Of a DNA stretch of 64,000 bases, positions 1-11,035 are shown piece after piece. The stretch covers positions 12,030,001 through 12,094,000 of the forward strand of contig NC_086118.1 of NCBI RefSeq assembly GCF_963921235.1. Direction: 5' to 3'. Both the position numbers and the translations under genes were made by a program. The notes beneath the pieces are model-generated. The model worked only from the letters and a program-made list of their open reading frames with translations, searched no databases and was not told where the DNA came from. Position 1 is the first letter of the stretch. Each line of letters opens with the position of its first letter. Origin of the DNA: Mobula hypostoma (Eukaryota).

Positions 1-446
1 TGTGGAGCATTTGTCAGCTCTTGGACTGTATTCATTAGAGTACAGAAGAATGAGAGGGGATCTCATAGAAACATTTTGAATGTTGAAAGGGTTGGAGAGA
101 GTAGATGTGGAAAGGTTGTTTCCCCTGGTGGGTGAGTCCAGGACAAGAGGCCACAGTCTTAGAATTAGAGGGTACCCATTTAAAACAGAGATGAGGAGAA
201 ATTTTTTAGCCAGAGGGTCATGGATTTATGGAATTCGCTGCCACATACAACTGTTGAGGCCCGATCATTGAGGGTGTTTAAGGAGGAGATTGATAGGTAT
301 CTAATTAGTCAGGGTATCAAGGGATATGGAGAAAAAGCCGGAAATTGGAACTAGATGGGAGAATAGTTTAGCCCATGGTGGAGTAGCAGAGCAGACTCGA
401 TGGGACAAATGGCCTACTTCTGCTCCTTTGTCTTGTGATCTTGTGA
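1..446 (+). mobile_element. CR1 LINE 3' fragment (ORF2 C-terminus and 3' tail)
   Basis: ORF 80-271 has the CR1 ORF2 C-terminal motif 'LFPLVGESRTRGHSLRI', similar to the intact ORF at 24246-25610. Ends in a short TCTTGTGA repeat. Confidence 0.85.
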
Positions 447-1268
447 TTTTTCACAGTTTGCTTTTCTTGTCTCTGCCTCTCATGCAGGGAACAGCATTAC
501 CAAGCACCTCATACTACATTGCAGTTACTATTCTTACACAACTAGAAGCTATGAGCATCATCTGGTGACTTCAGCTGAGTTGTGTAGAGAGGGCAAACTG
601 AAACCAAGTATGATATTTCACTTTCCCAGCCTATGACCAATTGCGTTACTCTTACCTCTGTCCAAGCCGCCGTCCTTAACTCGGTGCAGACCAGAATTGA
701 AACTACAAGCTTGTTAGCCCAGATGGTTGAGAACTATGCGGGTCATTCACTTGCCCTTTGGGGAGACTCAGGACCCTGTGTTTGATGAGTATTCAGTTTC
801 ATACTTCCCTGAGAGGCCTGAGCTCAGGGATTATGAAATTGTTTCTGGTGAACAAGGAAGAAGCTTATGTGCACTGTATGTTTGAGTGTACAAATTACAT
901 GAGTGGGGATACTTTTAATTTTATATTTAGTCTTTAGTACAGCTATGTGTCAGATGAAGGGGTGGTTGTGTGTGGTAATTGCATCTTATGTGTCTCACAT
1001 ATTAAGAAATAGACTTAGCTTCAAAGTTCTTCATTAATACTTTGGGACTTTCTTTCCCTCCACTCTCCCTTTCACTGTCTATTCTTTGTCACTCACTTGC
1101 TTATTCATTCTCTATCTATCTACACACATTTGATTTGTGTCCACACATGTGCAAAGTATTCTTCTCATGTTTAATAAAACCAGCGTATGTCGTGAAATTT
1201 GTTAACTTAGCAGCAGCAGTACAATGCAATACATAATAAATATAGAAAAACAGTGAATTACAGTAAGC

Positions 1269-1578
1269 TTATAGCCATCCGTTAGTCTCGTGAGACCATG
1301 GATTTGCACCTTGGAAGGTTTCCAGGGTGTAGGCCTCGGCAAGGTTGTATAGAAGACTGGCAGGTGCCCATGCTGCAAGTAACCCCTCTCCACGCCACCA
1401 ATGTTGTCCAAGGGAAGGGCACTAGGGCCGATACAGCTTGACACCGGTGTCGTCGCAGAGCAATGTGTGGTTAAGTGCCTTGCTCAAGGACACAATGCGC
1501 TACCTCAGCTGAGGCTCGAACTAGCAAGCTTCAGATCACTAGACTGATGCCTTAACCACTTGGCCAATCGCCAACACT
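1269..1578 (-). mobile_element. tRNA-derived SINE with CORE-like body
   Basis: Minus strand shows an A-box TGGCCAAGTGG, a B-box GTTCGAGCC, then GTCCTTGAGCAAGGCACTTAACC. Flanked by 8-bp TSD CAGTAAGC (1261-1268 and 1579-1586). Confidence 0.75.
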
Positions 1579-1586
1579 CAGTAAGC

Positions 1587-1634
<48 letters not shown>
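1587..1634. repeat. (TA)n(TG)n compound microsatellite
   Basis: Directly visible. Confidence 0.95.
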
Positions 1635-1636
<2 letters not shown>

Positions 1637-3137
1637 TAAATAATTAAATAAGTAGAGCAAAAGCAGACATCTTAAAAAGTGAGAAAGTGGTGAGAATGTT
1701 CATTTAAAAAGTAGTGTGATGGTGTTCATTTCTAAATGTCCATTTAGAAATTGGATGGCAGAGGAGAAGAAGCTGATTCTGAATTGCTGAGTATGTGCCT
1801 TTGGGCGTCCGTACCTCCCTCTTGATGGTAACAACGAGAAGAGGACATGTCCTGGGTGGTGGGAGTCCTTAAAGATGGATACAAATTTTTTGAGGCACCG
1901 CTGCTTGAAGATGTCATTGGAGGTTATGGAAGCTAGTACCCATGATGGGCTGACTAATTTTACAACTCTCTGCAGCTTACTTCGATCCTGTGCAGTAGCC
2001 CCCACCCCTCCCCATACCAGACAGTGATGCAGTCTGTCAGAATGCTCTCCACAGTACATCTGTAGAGGTTTTCGAGTTTTTAAGGTGATAAACCAAATTT
2101 CCTCAAACTCCTAATGAAGTATAGCCATTCTCTTGCCTTTATAGTTGCATCAGTTGGTTGGGACCAGATTAGGTCCTCAGAGATATTAACACCCACGAAT
2201 TTTAAATCACTCACTCTCTCCACTTCCGATCTCTCTATGTAGATTGCACATGACTGTGTGTGTTTTAGGAATCCATTCTGCAAAGCTACATTGCTGAAGC
2301 TGCAACAACAGCAGGGCAAGCGAGCAGTACTGTAAGCTCTCTGCTTTTAATTTTCTATGCTCATCTCATTTCAATAACCTCTCAGAACAACCAAAGCAGC
2401 TTTGGCCCAGTGAAGGAATAATGAGGAATGCATAAAATCTGTCCAATAGATCTAAATCAAAGGAATATGTGAAAGATAACGTCTGGGGCAAATACGAGAG
2501 GAATTAACTGCTAGTCAAGACAACTTCCTTTTCATATGCACAAGTACGGTGAGATACTGGTACCATGAAAAACCTGCAGGAGCAGCATCAACGCATGGAA
2601 ATTCATTGAGACAACACATAGCACATAGATATATGCAAATTGTTCCTATAAATACTATGCAAAACAAGACATTAGTGTAAGACACAATTAGGAACAAGTT
2701 CATAGTAGTGCAAGAACTGGTCTGCAGTGTTCTGTTCCTCCTAGGCAGGAAAGCAAATAGGCAGAACTAGCAATGCGAGGCTTGGTTGATTCTAAAGGCC
2801 GAGTGTTATTACCAGATATGAAGCAAGTAAAAGGAAGGTAATCTCAAAGAAAGAATAAGGTGGGGTTTCTGGGTGAATGGGTGCTTGAGAAATGTGGCAA
2901 AGGAGAAAAGAAGCTTACACTTCCCTGTTGGACATCTGTATCTACACAAGTACATTTAAAGGAAATGCACAGGTTGTTTCTGTCTAATAGCCATCATTAG
3001 AAATCTTGCTTCCTTCTGCTGTCTTATTAATGGAATAGGATTCTGATTTGTCTCACCAGGTGAGACTTCCAGCTGATTCACATGGATAAACATTCAAACA
3101 GTGTGGGAACAGAATGAGAGTTTCACCTTAGAAATGT

Positions 3138-3139
<2 letters not shown>

Positions 3140-3172
<33 letters not shown>
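3140..3172. repeat. (CT)n microsatellite
   Basis: Directly visible. Confidence 0.95.
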
Positions 3173-3174
<2 letters not shown>

Positions 3175-3277
3175 GTATTAGCATGTCGTGCATTTCCTTG
3201 ATTACAGATGATTTAGATATTCAGAATTAGGATAGAATTCACTACTTCAATATAACTTTAACTTTACCTATGAATAA

Positions 3278-3450
3278 ACTCTTCTCGGGCTTCCAGCCAG
3301 GTATACATATTGATTTTAACCGATATTTTGATGTCAAATTCTGCCATCTTCATCAGGGATGATGCTTGGGCATGTCTAGTCTGGTGGTATTTATACCCCC
3401 TAGTCCATCCCTCCTATTGTTTATTCCTTGTCCAATCAGGTTTCCTTCCA
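3278..3450 (-). mobile_element. Short fragment of a second Penelope-like family with a decayed hammerhead
   Basis: Minus strand at 3318-3360 reads CTGATGA-AGATGGCAGAATTTGACATC-AAAATATC: a hammerhead core with a GATG/CATC stem II and a decayed GAAAC. Confidence 0.45.
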
Positions 3451-4065
3451 GAAACTGTGAGGGTAACAGTGAACCAGTGTCAAAGACTCTGCTTCAGTCC
3501 TGACCTTAGCTGTTGTCTGTGTGGAGCTTTCATGTTCTCTCTGTGACCGTATGGGCTTCCTCCAACATCTCAAAGCCAGTTAAGTTTGTCTGTGAACTGG
3601 CCACTGAAAACACCCTTAGTATATAGATGAATGATAGATTCTGATGGCAAGTTGATGGAAAGCTGGGGAAAATAAAAAGAATAGGGATTAATAGAAATGG
3701 GACATTGATGTTCAGTGTAAACTCACAGAGCTGAATGAACGGACTCTTTCTTTGCTGTTTTCCTCCATAACTGTATCTGTCTCTGCAGCTCACCTCAGAC
3801 TCCAATCGTCCTTGTGGAACTCCTTTTCCTCTTCTTCCCAAGGCCACATGGAATTCTGAAATGAGTACATAAACAACCAACAGGATCCATAACAAATTGC
3901 CTTAAGAGAGATACAACATATTTATGTTTCCCAGCTTCACAACCTTAAAATGTCATTGAAACTCTGCAGTTCAGGGTTGTATTTAACTTCTGTTAGGCCA
4001 ATAGGTTTGCCATAGATTCAAAACTTACAAGGATTTAAGGTACCCACTTTAACTTTGTAGTGCTT

Positions 4066-4530
4066 ATAGAACATAGAACATAAAATGTAGAACAGCGCAG
4101 CACAGGATATACTGTTCAGCCCACAATGCTGTGCTGAACCAACTAAAAAGCAAAACAAAAACACTCAAACGCTAATCCCTCCTACATTCACAATGTCCAT
4201 ATCCCTCCATCTTCCTTACATCCATGTGCCTATCCAAACATCTCTGAAAAGCCTCTCATATATTTCATTCTACCACCATATAAGGAAGTGCGTCCCAAGC
4301 ATCGACCACTCTCAGAGTAAAAACTTACCCCTTGATTTTAACCCTGGGAAACAGAAACCAGCTCCAGAGAAAATAACCCAAGTTTATCCAGCCTCTTATG
4401 ATAGCACATGCCCTCTAAACCAGGCAGCATCCTAGTAAACCTCTTCTGCACCCTCTCCAAAGCTTCAACATCCTTCCTATAATGGGGTGACCAGAACTGT
4501 ATGCAATACTCCAGATGCGACAAAACCAGA
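4066..4530 (-). mobile_element. CR1 LINE 3' fragment
   Basis: ORF 4338-4550 'HLEYCIQFWSPHYRKDVEALERVQKRFTRMLPGL'. TAGAACA tail repeats near 4066-4093. Confidence 0.9.
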
Positions 4531-5039
4531 GTTAAATTCCAACATTTCATTATATGAAATGAATGAGATGGCTAATTAAAAGTCACAAAGAGATTGCTGA
4601 ATAACTTAGTAAAAGGCAGCCTGAGACTGGAATACAAATGGGAACAAAATAAATGATTTTCAAAGGGAAAGGAGATTTTGAGAAAGCTTACATTTATAAA
4701 GTAACTTTCACATTTTCAGGACTTCCCAAACACTTCAAGCTAATGAATTACTGCCTCAATATTATAAGGTAATTAGCATGACAGCCAGTGGACATGACTG
4801 AACTGCAGACTGCAATAGGATAGGCAGTGGATGCAATCTCAGTACCTTTCCACTCTGCTCTGGGCAACCTGGACAACAGCAAAACATTAACAATTACAGC
4901 TCAGCATTCAATGTCATCATCCCCTCAGCCCCTCAGTATTAACCAACAAGTTACTAAACCTGGACCGCTGAACCTCCCTCCACAACTTACCCTTGACTTC
5001 CTCATCAGTTCTAACAAGCTAATTAAGGTCTGAGACCTT

Positions 5040-5286
5040 GGTAAAAGTTATCTGAGAGCTCAAATCTCTTGGGGTGCCCAAACTTTTGCATAGTGCTTCT
5101 TTCCTTTGTTTCACTCTAAAATTGTATAAAACAAAAATAATACACTAATCTTGCTTAAAATGTTGAAAGGAATGTTTCATCTTTAACTTTATAACTTTTG
5201 GAGATCAGTTCATCTTCTACTCACTTAACTATTCACAGTAACAGAAATTTTGACCAGGGGTGCCCAAACTTTGGCATGCCATTGTA
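5040..5286 (+). mobile_element. Terminal inverted repeat remnant of an IR/DR Tc1-mariner transposon
   Basis: Two direct repeats GGGGTGCCCAAACTTT (about 5071 and 5257), about 186 bp apart, ending in CATTG-TA, which resembles the Tc1 CACTG|TA terminus. Confidence 0.6.
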
Positions 5287-6257
5287 CATTAGTGAGAAGG
5301 TACAGGAGCCTGAAGGCCCACAGAATGAGGCAGAAACAGTGTCTTCCCTCCAACATCAGGTTTCTAAATGGTCCAACATCGCACGAACACTATCTCATTC
5401 CTGTTTTTGCACTATTTATTTATTTTGTAATTTAATAATAAAGATTCCTTAAGGTTGTTAGAGCTGTGAATTTAAGCTCCCTTTACCTATTAAATATTCC
5501 CAATACTGTGCATCTCATATAGCCTCTGACAACTAAGTCCAGCTCCTGTCTTTTATGTGTGGCTTAGCTACTAAGCCTGGTGGGACCATTTCTATTGACT
5601 GGAGAAAGGGCAAATACAGGTTACTGGTGCCTTAAAGCCAGTTGCTTTGGGCAAATGGGGCTGATGAACCTTGGTTGGCAGCCTATCTAGGAGAAGGAAA
5701 AGTCTGATCTGAAACTTCTGCTGCTATGTGACGATATTAACTCATGGGGAAGGCTCTGGAAGTAAACCCCAAAGAAAAATCTAGAGCTAGGTTCCCTAAG
5801 GCAGTCCTACATTGAGTTTAACGCTGACTGGCAACTCCTGTGATGCCACTGGTGCCAAACTGTATCGATCTCTGCAATTCCTTTGGACTCATTAGCTGTG
5901 TGGAGAGGGTGAGCCTGCTCCATGACGAAAGCATGCTCTCCATATCGTATGGCCCTGAATTACATATCATGTAGAGAACAGGGTGCAACATTCATAGTCG
6001 ATCCCGACCAGCATAGGGCCTCAATATACTGTAGCTGCAACCAATTTCATGTCATGTAAGACAGTGATAATAAAACTGATTCTGATTCAGATAAATGATC
6101 AGTATTACCTTAGATCTGTGTTGTCTGGGGATTACTTGTCGATCAGGATACCAGCAGGACTCCATTTAGGACAGTTTACATTAAACTGAACAGACAGATG
6201 TATCCACAGATGAATATCTTATCCATGAAGTAACACTAGCAGTGTTTCATCCCAACA

Positions 6258-6414
6258 CACACAAAATGCTAGAGGAACTCAGCAGGCCAGGCAGCATCTA
6301 TGGAAAAGAGTACTATTTTCCATAGATGCTGCCTGGCCTGCAGAGTTCCTCCAGCATTTTGTGTGCATTGCTTGGACTTCCAGCATCTGCAGATTTTCTA
6401 TTTTTTGTGATTGC
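6258..6414. mobile_element. 157-bp fold-back Penelope terminal element
   Basis: Near-perfect palindrome centred near 6310, built from the PLE terminus (CAGCAGGCCAGGCAGCATCTATGG and its complement). 12-bp TSD TTCATCCCAACA (6246-6257 and 6415-6426). Confidence 0.85.
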
Positions 6415-6964
6415 TTCATCCCAACAAAGCTTCAACCCAGGTTACATTCTTGAGTTCTGGAAATGCACTAGAGCCCATGGTCTTCTGTAAGTGAATAGAG
6501 AGCAAGCTGAAAGTTAAGTTCTAAGACAACTAGACCAAGTCTGTCTTCTTTGGAAGTGTGACTACTTTTGGGCTAAAGAAACTGCCTTACACTCCAGAGC
6601 TTTTAAGTATCTAATAAAGTTTCCTTCTTAGTGCAAAGATGTTCATACAGTGTGTCTAATTTTCTGTTCCCAAAGCACCATTGCTGGTAGTTGAAATAAG
6701 AACAACTCTCTAAGTAAATAAGGGAATATAGGCTTAGATTTCTATGATGATATGTTTCTGATTCATCTCTGCGACACATTGTTCGAATGTGATATGACAG
6801 GTGTGTGATGCCAAGGGGTGTTTTCTTCTGTATGAGAGAAGCTTCACAAATGCACAATCTGCTGAAAGTGCATCCAGTTGCAATCCTATCACTCCATGTT
6901 AAGAGGTTGGAGCTGGAACTGGATGAAGTCCAGATCATTCGGGAGGCTGAGGGGTAGTGATAGG

Positions 6965-7905
6965 TCAGAATCAGAATCAGGTTTAATATCTCTGGCACAT
7001 GTCGTGAAATTTGTTAACTTAATGGCAGCAGTACAATGCAATACATGATAAATATAGAAATAAATAAATCAATTACAGTAAGTATATTAAAATTACAGTA
7101 AGTAAATTTAAAAAGTCCAAAAATAGTAAGGTAGTGTTTATGGGTTCAATGTCTATTTCGAAAATGGATGGCAGAGAGGAAGAAGTTGTTCCTGAACTGC
7201 TGAGTGTGTGTCTTTAGGCTTTTGTACCTCCTTCCTGATGGTAACAATGAGAAGAGGGCTTGTTCTGGGTGATGGGGGTTCTTAATAATGGACGCCGACT
7301 TTCTGTAGCACCGCACCTTGAAGATGTCTTGGAGACTATGGAGGCTAGTACCCAAGATGGAGCTCACAAATTTGACAACTTTCTGTAGCTTCTTTCTATC
7401 CTGTTCAATAGACCACCCCCACTCCATACCAGACAGTGATGCAGCCTGTCAGAATGCTCTCCATAGTACATCTGTAGAAGTTTGAGTGTTTTAGGTGACA
7501 AACCAAACCTTCACAAACTCCTAATTATATATAGCCACTGTCTTGCCTTTGTCATAGCTGCTTCAATAAGTTGGGACCAGGTTAGATCCTCAGAGATATT
7601 GACACCCAGAAATGTGAAATTGCTCACTCTCTCTGCTTCTGATCTCTCTAAGAGGACTAGTTCATGTTTCTTTGTCTTATTCTTCTGAAGTCCACAACCA
7701 GTTCTTTGGTCTTACTGATGTTGAGTACAAGCCTGTTGCTGTGACACCACTCACCTAGCTGGTATATCTTGCTCCTTTATGCCCTTTTGTCACCATCTGA
7801 AATTCTGCTAACAGCGGTTGTATCATCAGCAAATTTATAGATGGCATTTGAGCTGTGCCGAGCCACACAGTCATGGGTATAAGGGGAGGAGCACTGTGGC
7901 TAAGC
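6965..7905 (-). mobile_element. Rex/Babar-type LINE 3' fragment
   Basis: (TCTGAT)n tail at 6965-6980 on the minus strand. ORF 7146-7427 'PHHPEQALFSLLPSGRRY'. Confidence 0.8.
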
Positions 7906-9168
7906 ACACAGGTACGCCAAACAGGACATACAGAGATGCCAGAGAGGTAGGGACACCCAAGGTGCAGGACATAGGAAATTGGGTTAGTGTCAGAAAAGGA
8001 AGGGGGTTAAACAGCCAGTGCAGAGTATCTCTGTGACCAACTCCTTCAACGACTGGTATACCATTTTGGATACTGTTGAGGGAAATGACCTAGCAGAGGA
8101 AAGTCACATCGGTCAGGTTTCTGACACTGAGTCTGGCTCTGTGACTCAGAGGGGAAGAGGAGAGATCAGCTAAGCTATAGTGATAAGGGATTCATTCATT
8201 AGGGGAACAGAAAGTAGGTTCTGTGGATGAGAAAGAGATTCCCGGATGGTATGGTGCCTCCCGGGTGCCAGGGTCTGGGAAATCTCAGATTGAGTCCTTG
8301 GTGTTCTTAAGTGAGAGGGGGATCAGCCAAAGGTCATGATCCATATAGGTACCAATGACATTGGAAGGAGGAGTAACAAGAGTTCAAGAGTTCTGTAAAG
8401 GGAATTCAGGCAGTTAGGTGTTATGTTCAAGGGCAGGATGTCCAGGGTTGTGATCTCAGGATCGCTACCTGTGCCACATGCTAGTGAGGCCAGAAATAGA
8501 AAGATCACATGGCTAAGGAGTTGGTGTAAGAGGGAGGGCATCAGATTTTTAGGTCATTGGGCTGTCTTCCAGTCAAGGTGGGACCTGTATTGAAGAGATG
8601 GTTTGCACCTGAAATGGAACTGGAAGGGGACTAGTATCCTAATGGGAAAGTTTGCTAGTTGTCCACTGGGTAGGGGGTGTGATTAAACTAGAGTTGCAGG
8701 TGGAACGGGAACTAGAGTGCCAAAACAGTGCATGTGATGAAAGTTTGTGTAGGTAAGCACTTTGCGTTGTGTTATCACAATGCCAGTAGTTTGAAAGTAA
8801 ACATGCAAAAAGATAGGTCTGGTCCATAGATTGAGATTCTAAATTGGCATAAGACCATTTTTGATGGTATCAGAAATGATCTGGCAAGTGTGAACTGGAT
8901 CTGGCTGTTTTCAGGCAAAAGTATGCTTGGTAAGTGGGCAGCATTCAAAAGTCAAATTTTGAGAGTACAAAGCTTGTATATGCCTATCAGAATAAAAGAT
9001 AAGGATAAATGTTGTAGGGAATCTTGTTTTTGAAGAAATATTGAGGCTCTGGTAAGAAAAAAAGCAAGTCCACAGCCGGTATAGGCTGGCAGCAACAAAT
9101 GAGGCACTTATGGAGTATAGGAATGTAAGACAGCCCTTAGGAAAGAAATCAGGAAGGCTAAAAGAAGG

Positions 9169-9648
9169 AACACACATAAAAATTGCTGGTAAACACAGCA
9201 GACCAGGCAGCATCTCTAGGAAGAGGTACAGTCGACGTTTCGGGCTGAGACCCTTCGTCAGGACTAACTGAAAGAAGAGCAAGTAAGAGATTTGAAAGTG
9301 GGAGGGGGAGGGGGAGATCCAAAATGATAGGAGAAGACGGGAGGGGGAGGGATGGAGCGAAGAGCTGGACAGGTGATTGGCAAAAGGGATATGAGAGGAT
9401 CATGGGACAGGAGGCCCAGGGAGAAGGAAAAGGGGGAGGGGGGAAAATCCAGAGGATAGGCAAGGGGCATAGTGAGAGGGACAGAGGGAGAAAAAGGAGA
9501 CAGAGAGGAAGAATGTGTGTATATAAATAAATAACGGTTGGGGTACGAGGGGGAGGTGGGGCATTAGCGGAAGTTTGAGAAGTCAATGTTCATGCCATCA
9601 GGTAGGAGGCTACCCATTGACTTCTCAAACTTCCGCTAATGCCCCACC
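9169..9648 (-). mobile_element. Penelope-like element terminal repeat (pLTR) with hammerhead and short 5' inversion
   Basis: Same sequence family as 35810-36250. Inverted repeat at 9555-9588 and 9615-9648. Confidence 0.85.
9230..9265 (-). ncRNA. Minimal type I hammerhead ribozyme motif (intact core)
   Basis: Minus strand AGTC-CTGACGA-A-GGG tctcag CCC-GAAAC-GTC-GACT: stem I AGTC/GACT, conserved core, palindromic ACGT stem III, GUC cleavage triplet. Confidence 0.75.
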
Positions 9649-10334
9649 ATTGAATATTATTTTGAAGTTGTATAAGACATTGGTGAGGTCTTATTTGGAG
9701 TACGGTGTGCAGTTTTGGTCATCTACCTACTGGAAAGATGTAAGTAAAGTTGAAAGAGTACAAAGAGAATTTACAAGGATGTTGCTGGGTCTGGAGGACC
9801 TAAGTTATAAGGGAAGATTGAATAGGTTAGGACTTTATTCCTTCGAAGGTTAAAGATTGAGAGGATATTTGATAGAGGTATACAAAATTATAAGGGGTAT
9901 AGATAGGGTAAATGCAAGCAGGATTTTTCCATTGATGTTGGTGGGACTACAACTAGAGGTCATGGGTTAAAGATGAAGGTTAAAAGTTTAAGGGGAACAT
10001 GAGGGGAAATTTCTTCACTCAGAGGGTCATGAGAGTGTGGAGCAAGCTGCCAGCACAAATGGTGCATGCGAGCTCGATTTCAACATTTTAGCGAAGTTTC
10101 AATAGGTACATGGATAGTAGAGATCTGAAGAGCCACTATCCTGGTGCAGGTAGGCAGTTCAATTAGCCTGGCACAGACTAGATGGGCCAAAGTGCCTGTT
10201 TCTGTGCTGTACTTTTCTATGACTCTATGTGTGCATGGCATATGGTTGTACCCATCTACCCGCAAACCTAAGAGGCATCTATGTCACTGGCGTAGGTGTC
10301 TCTTGTCTTTGGCTGATTATTCACATTTTTACCT

Positions 10335-11010
10335 TAGAACATAGCTCAGGAACAGAGCCTTTAGCCCACAATATCTGTGCCAACCAACTAATCTCCTTTG
10401 CCTTCACAGGAGGTGCATCCCTCTATTTCCTCACTTTCATGTCTAACTGCCTCTTAAATGTCATTATCATGTTTGTTTCCACTACTATCCTTGACAGTGT
10501 GCTCAAGGCACCCACCATTCTTTGTGTAAAAAAAAACTTGCTCTTCACATTTCCTTTAGATTTTCCCTTTCTCACTTTAAACACATGTCCTCTAGTATTT
10601 AACATTTCTACACTGGTAAAGCGAAATGTCAAATGCTAGACTGCCTACCTTGTCCATGCTTCTCATAATTTTATAAACTTCTTTTGGTCTTCCCTTCAGT
10701 GTCTTACGCTCCAGAGAAGATCATAAGACAATCGAAGTCTATCCATCCGCCCCTTACAACTAATATTTGCTAACTTAGACAACATCCTGTACCCTCTCCA
10801 TAGGCTTCACATCCTTCCTGTAATAGTATGATCAGAATAGATCACAACCTTCTAAGTAAAGTCTAACCAAAGTTTTATACAGCTGCAGTTTCCTTCTCTC
10901 TGACAAATGATGGAAGCCTGCCACAGGGAGCTATGGCTTTGGACCCCAAGATCCCTCTGTATATCGGTGCTCTTCAGGGTCCTGCTATTTTCTATCAACA
11001 TTCCCCTTAC
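10335..11010 (-). mobile_element. Old CR1 3' fragment
   Basis: ORF 10423-10632 'NTRGHVFKV...FFTQRMVG'. Confidence 0.7.
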
Positions 11011-11035
11011 ATTAGACCTTGTACTTGCCTGGGAT

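Larger units (their letters stand above)
1175..2240 (-). mobile_element. Rex/Babar-type LINE 3' fragment (RT C-terminus and 3' UTR), interrupted by a SINE and a microsatellite
   Basis: ORFs 1700-2059 ('HHPGHVLFSLLPSRGRY') and 2080-2319 ('FVGVNISEDLIWS'). Similar to 6965-7905 and 56295-56645. Confidence 0.75.
6810..10226 (+). mobile_element. Decayed CR1 LINE (ORF1 esterase, partial ORF2, 3' tail), interrupted by Rex and PLE insertions
   Basis: ORF1-like sequence at 6850-6963 resumes near 7920. SGNH esterase-like region at 8250-8690. ORF2 end at 9655-10130 ('SYLEYGVQFWS'). TCTATGAC tail. Confidence 0.75.

Noticed and set aside
1500..1578. tRNA gene
   Set aside because: The A and B boxes belong to a TSD-flanked SINE head; there is no complete cloverleaf.
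5661..5715. CTGATGA...GAAA as another hammerhead
   Set aside because: I could not form convincing stems I and III.
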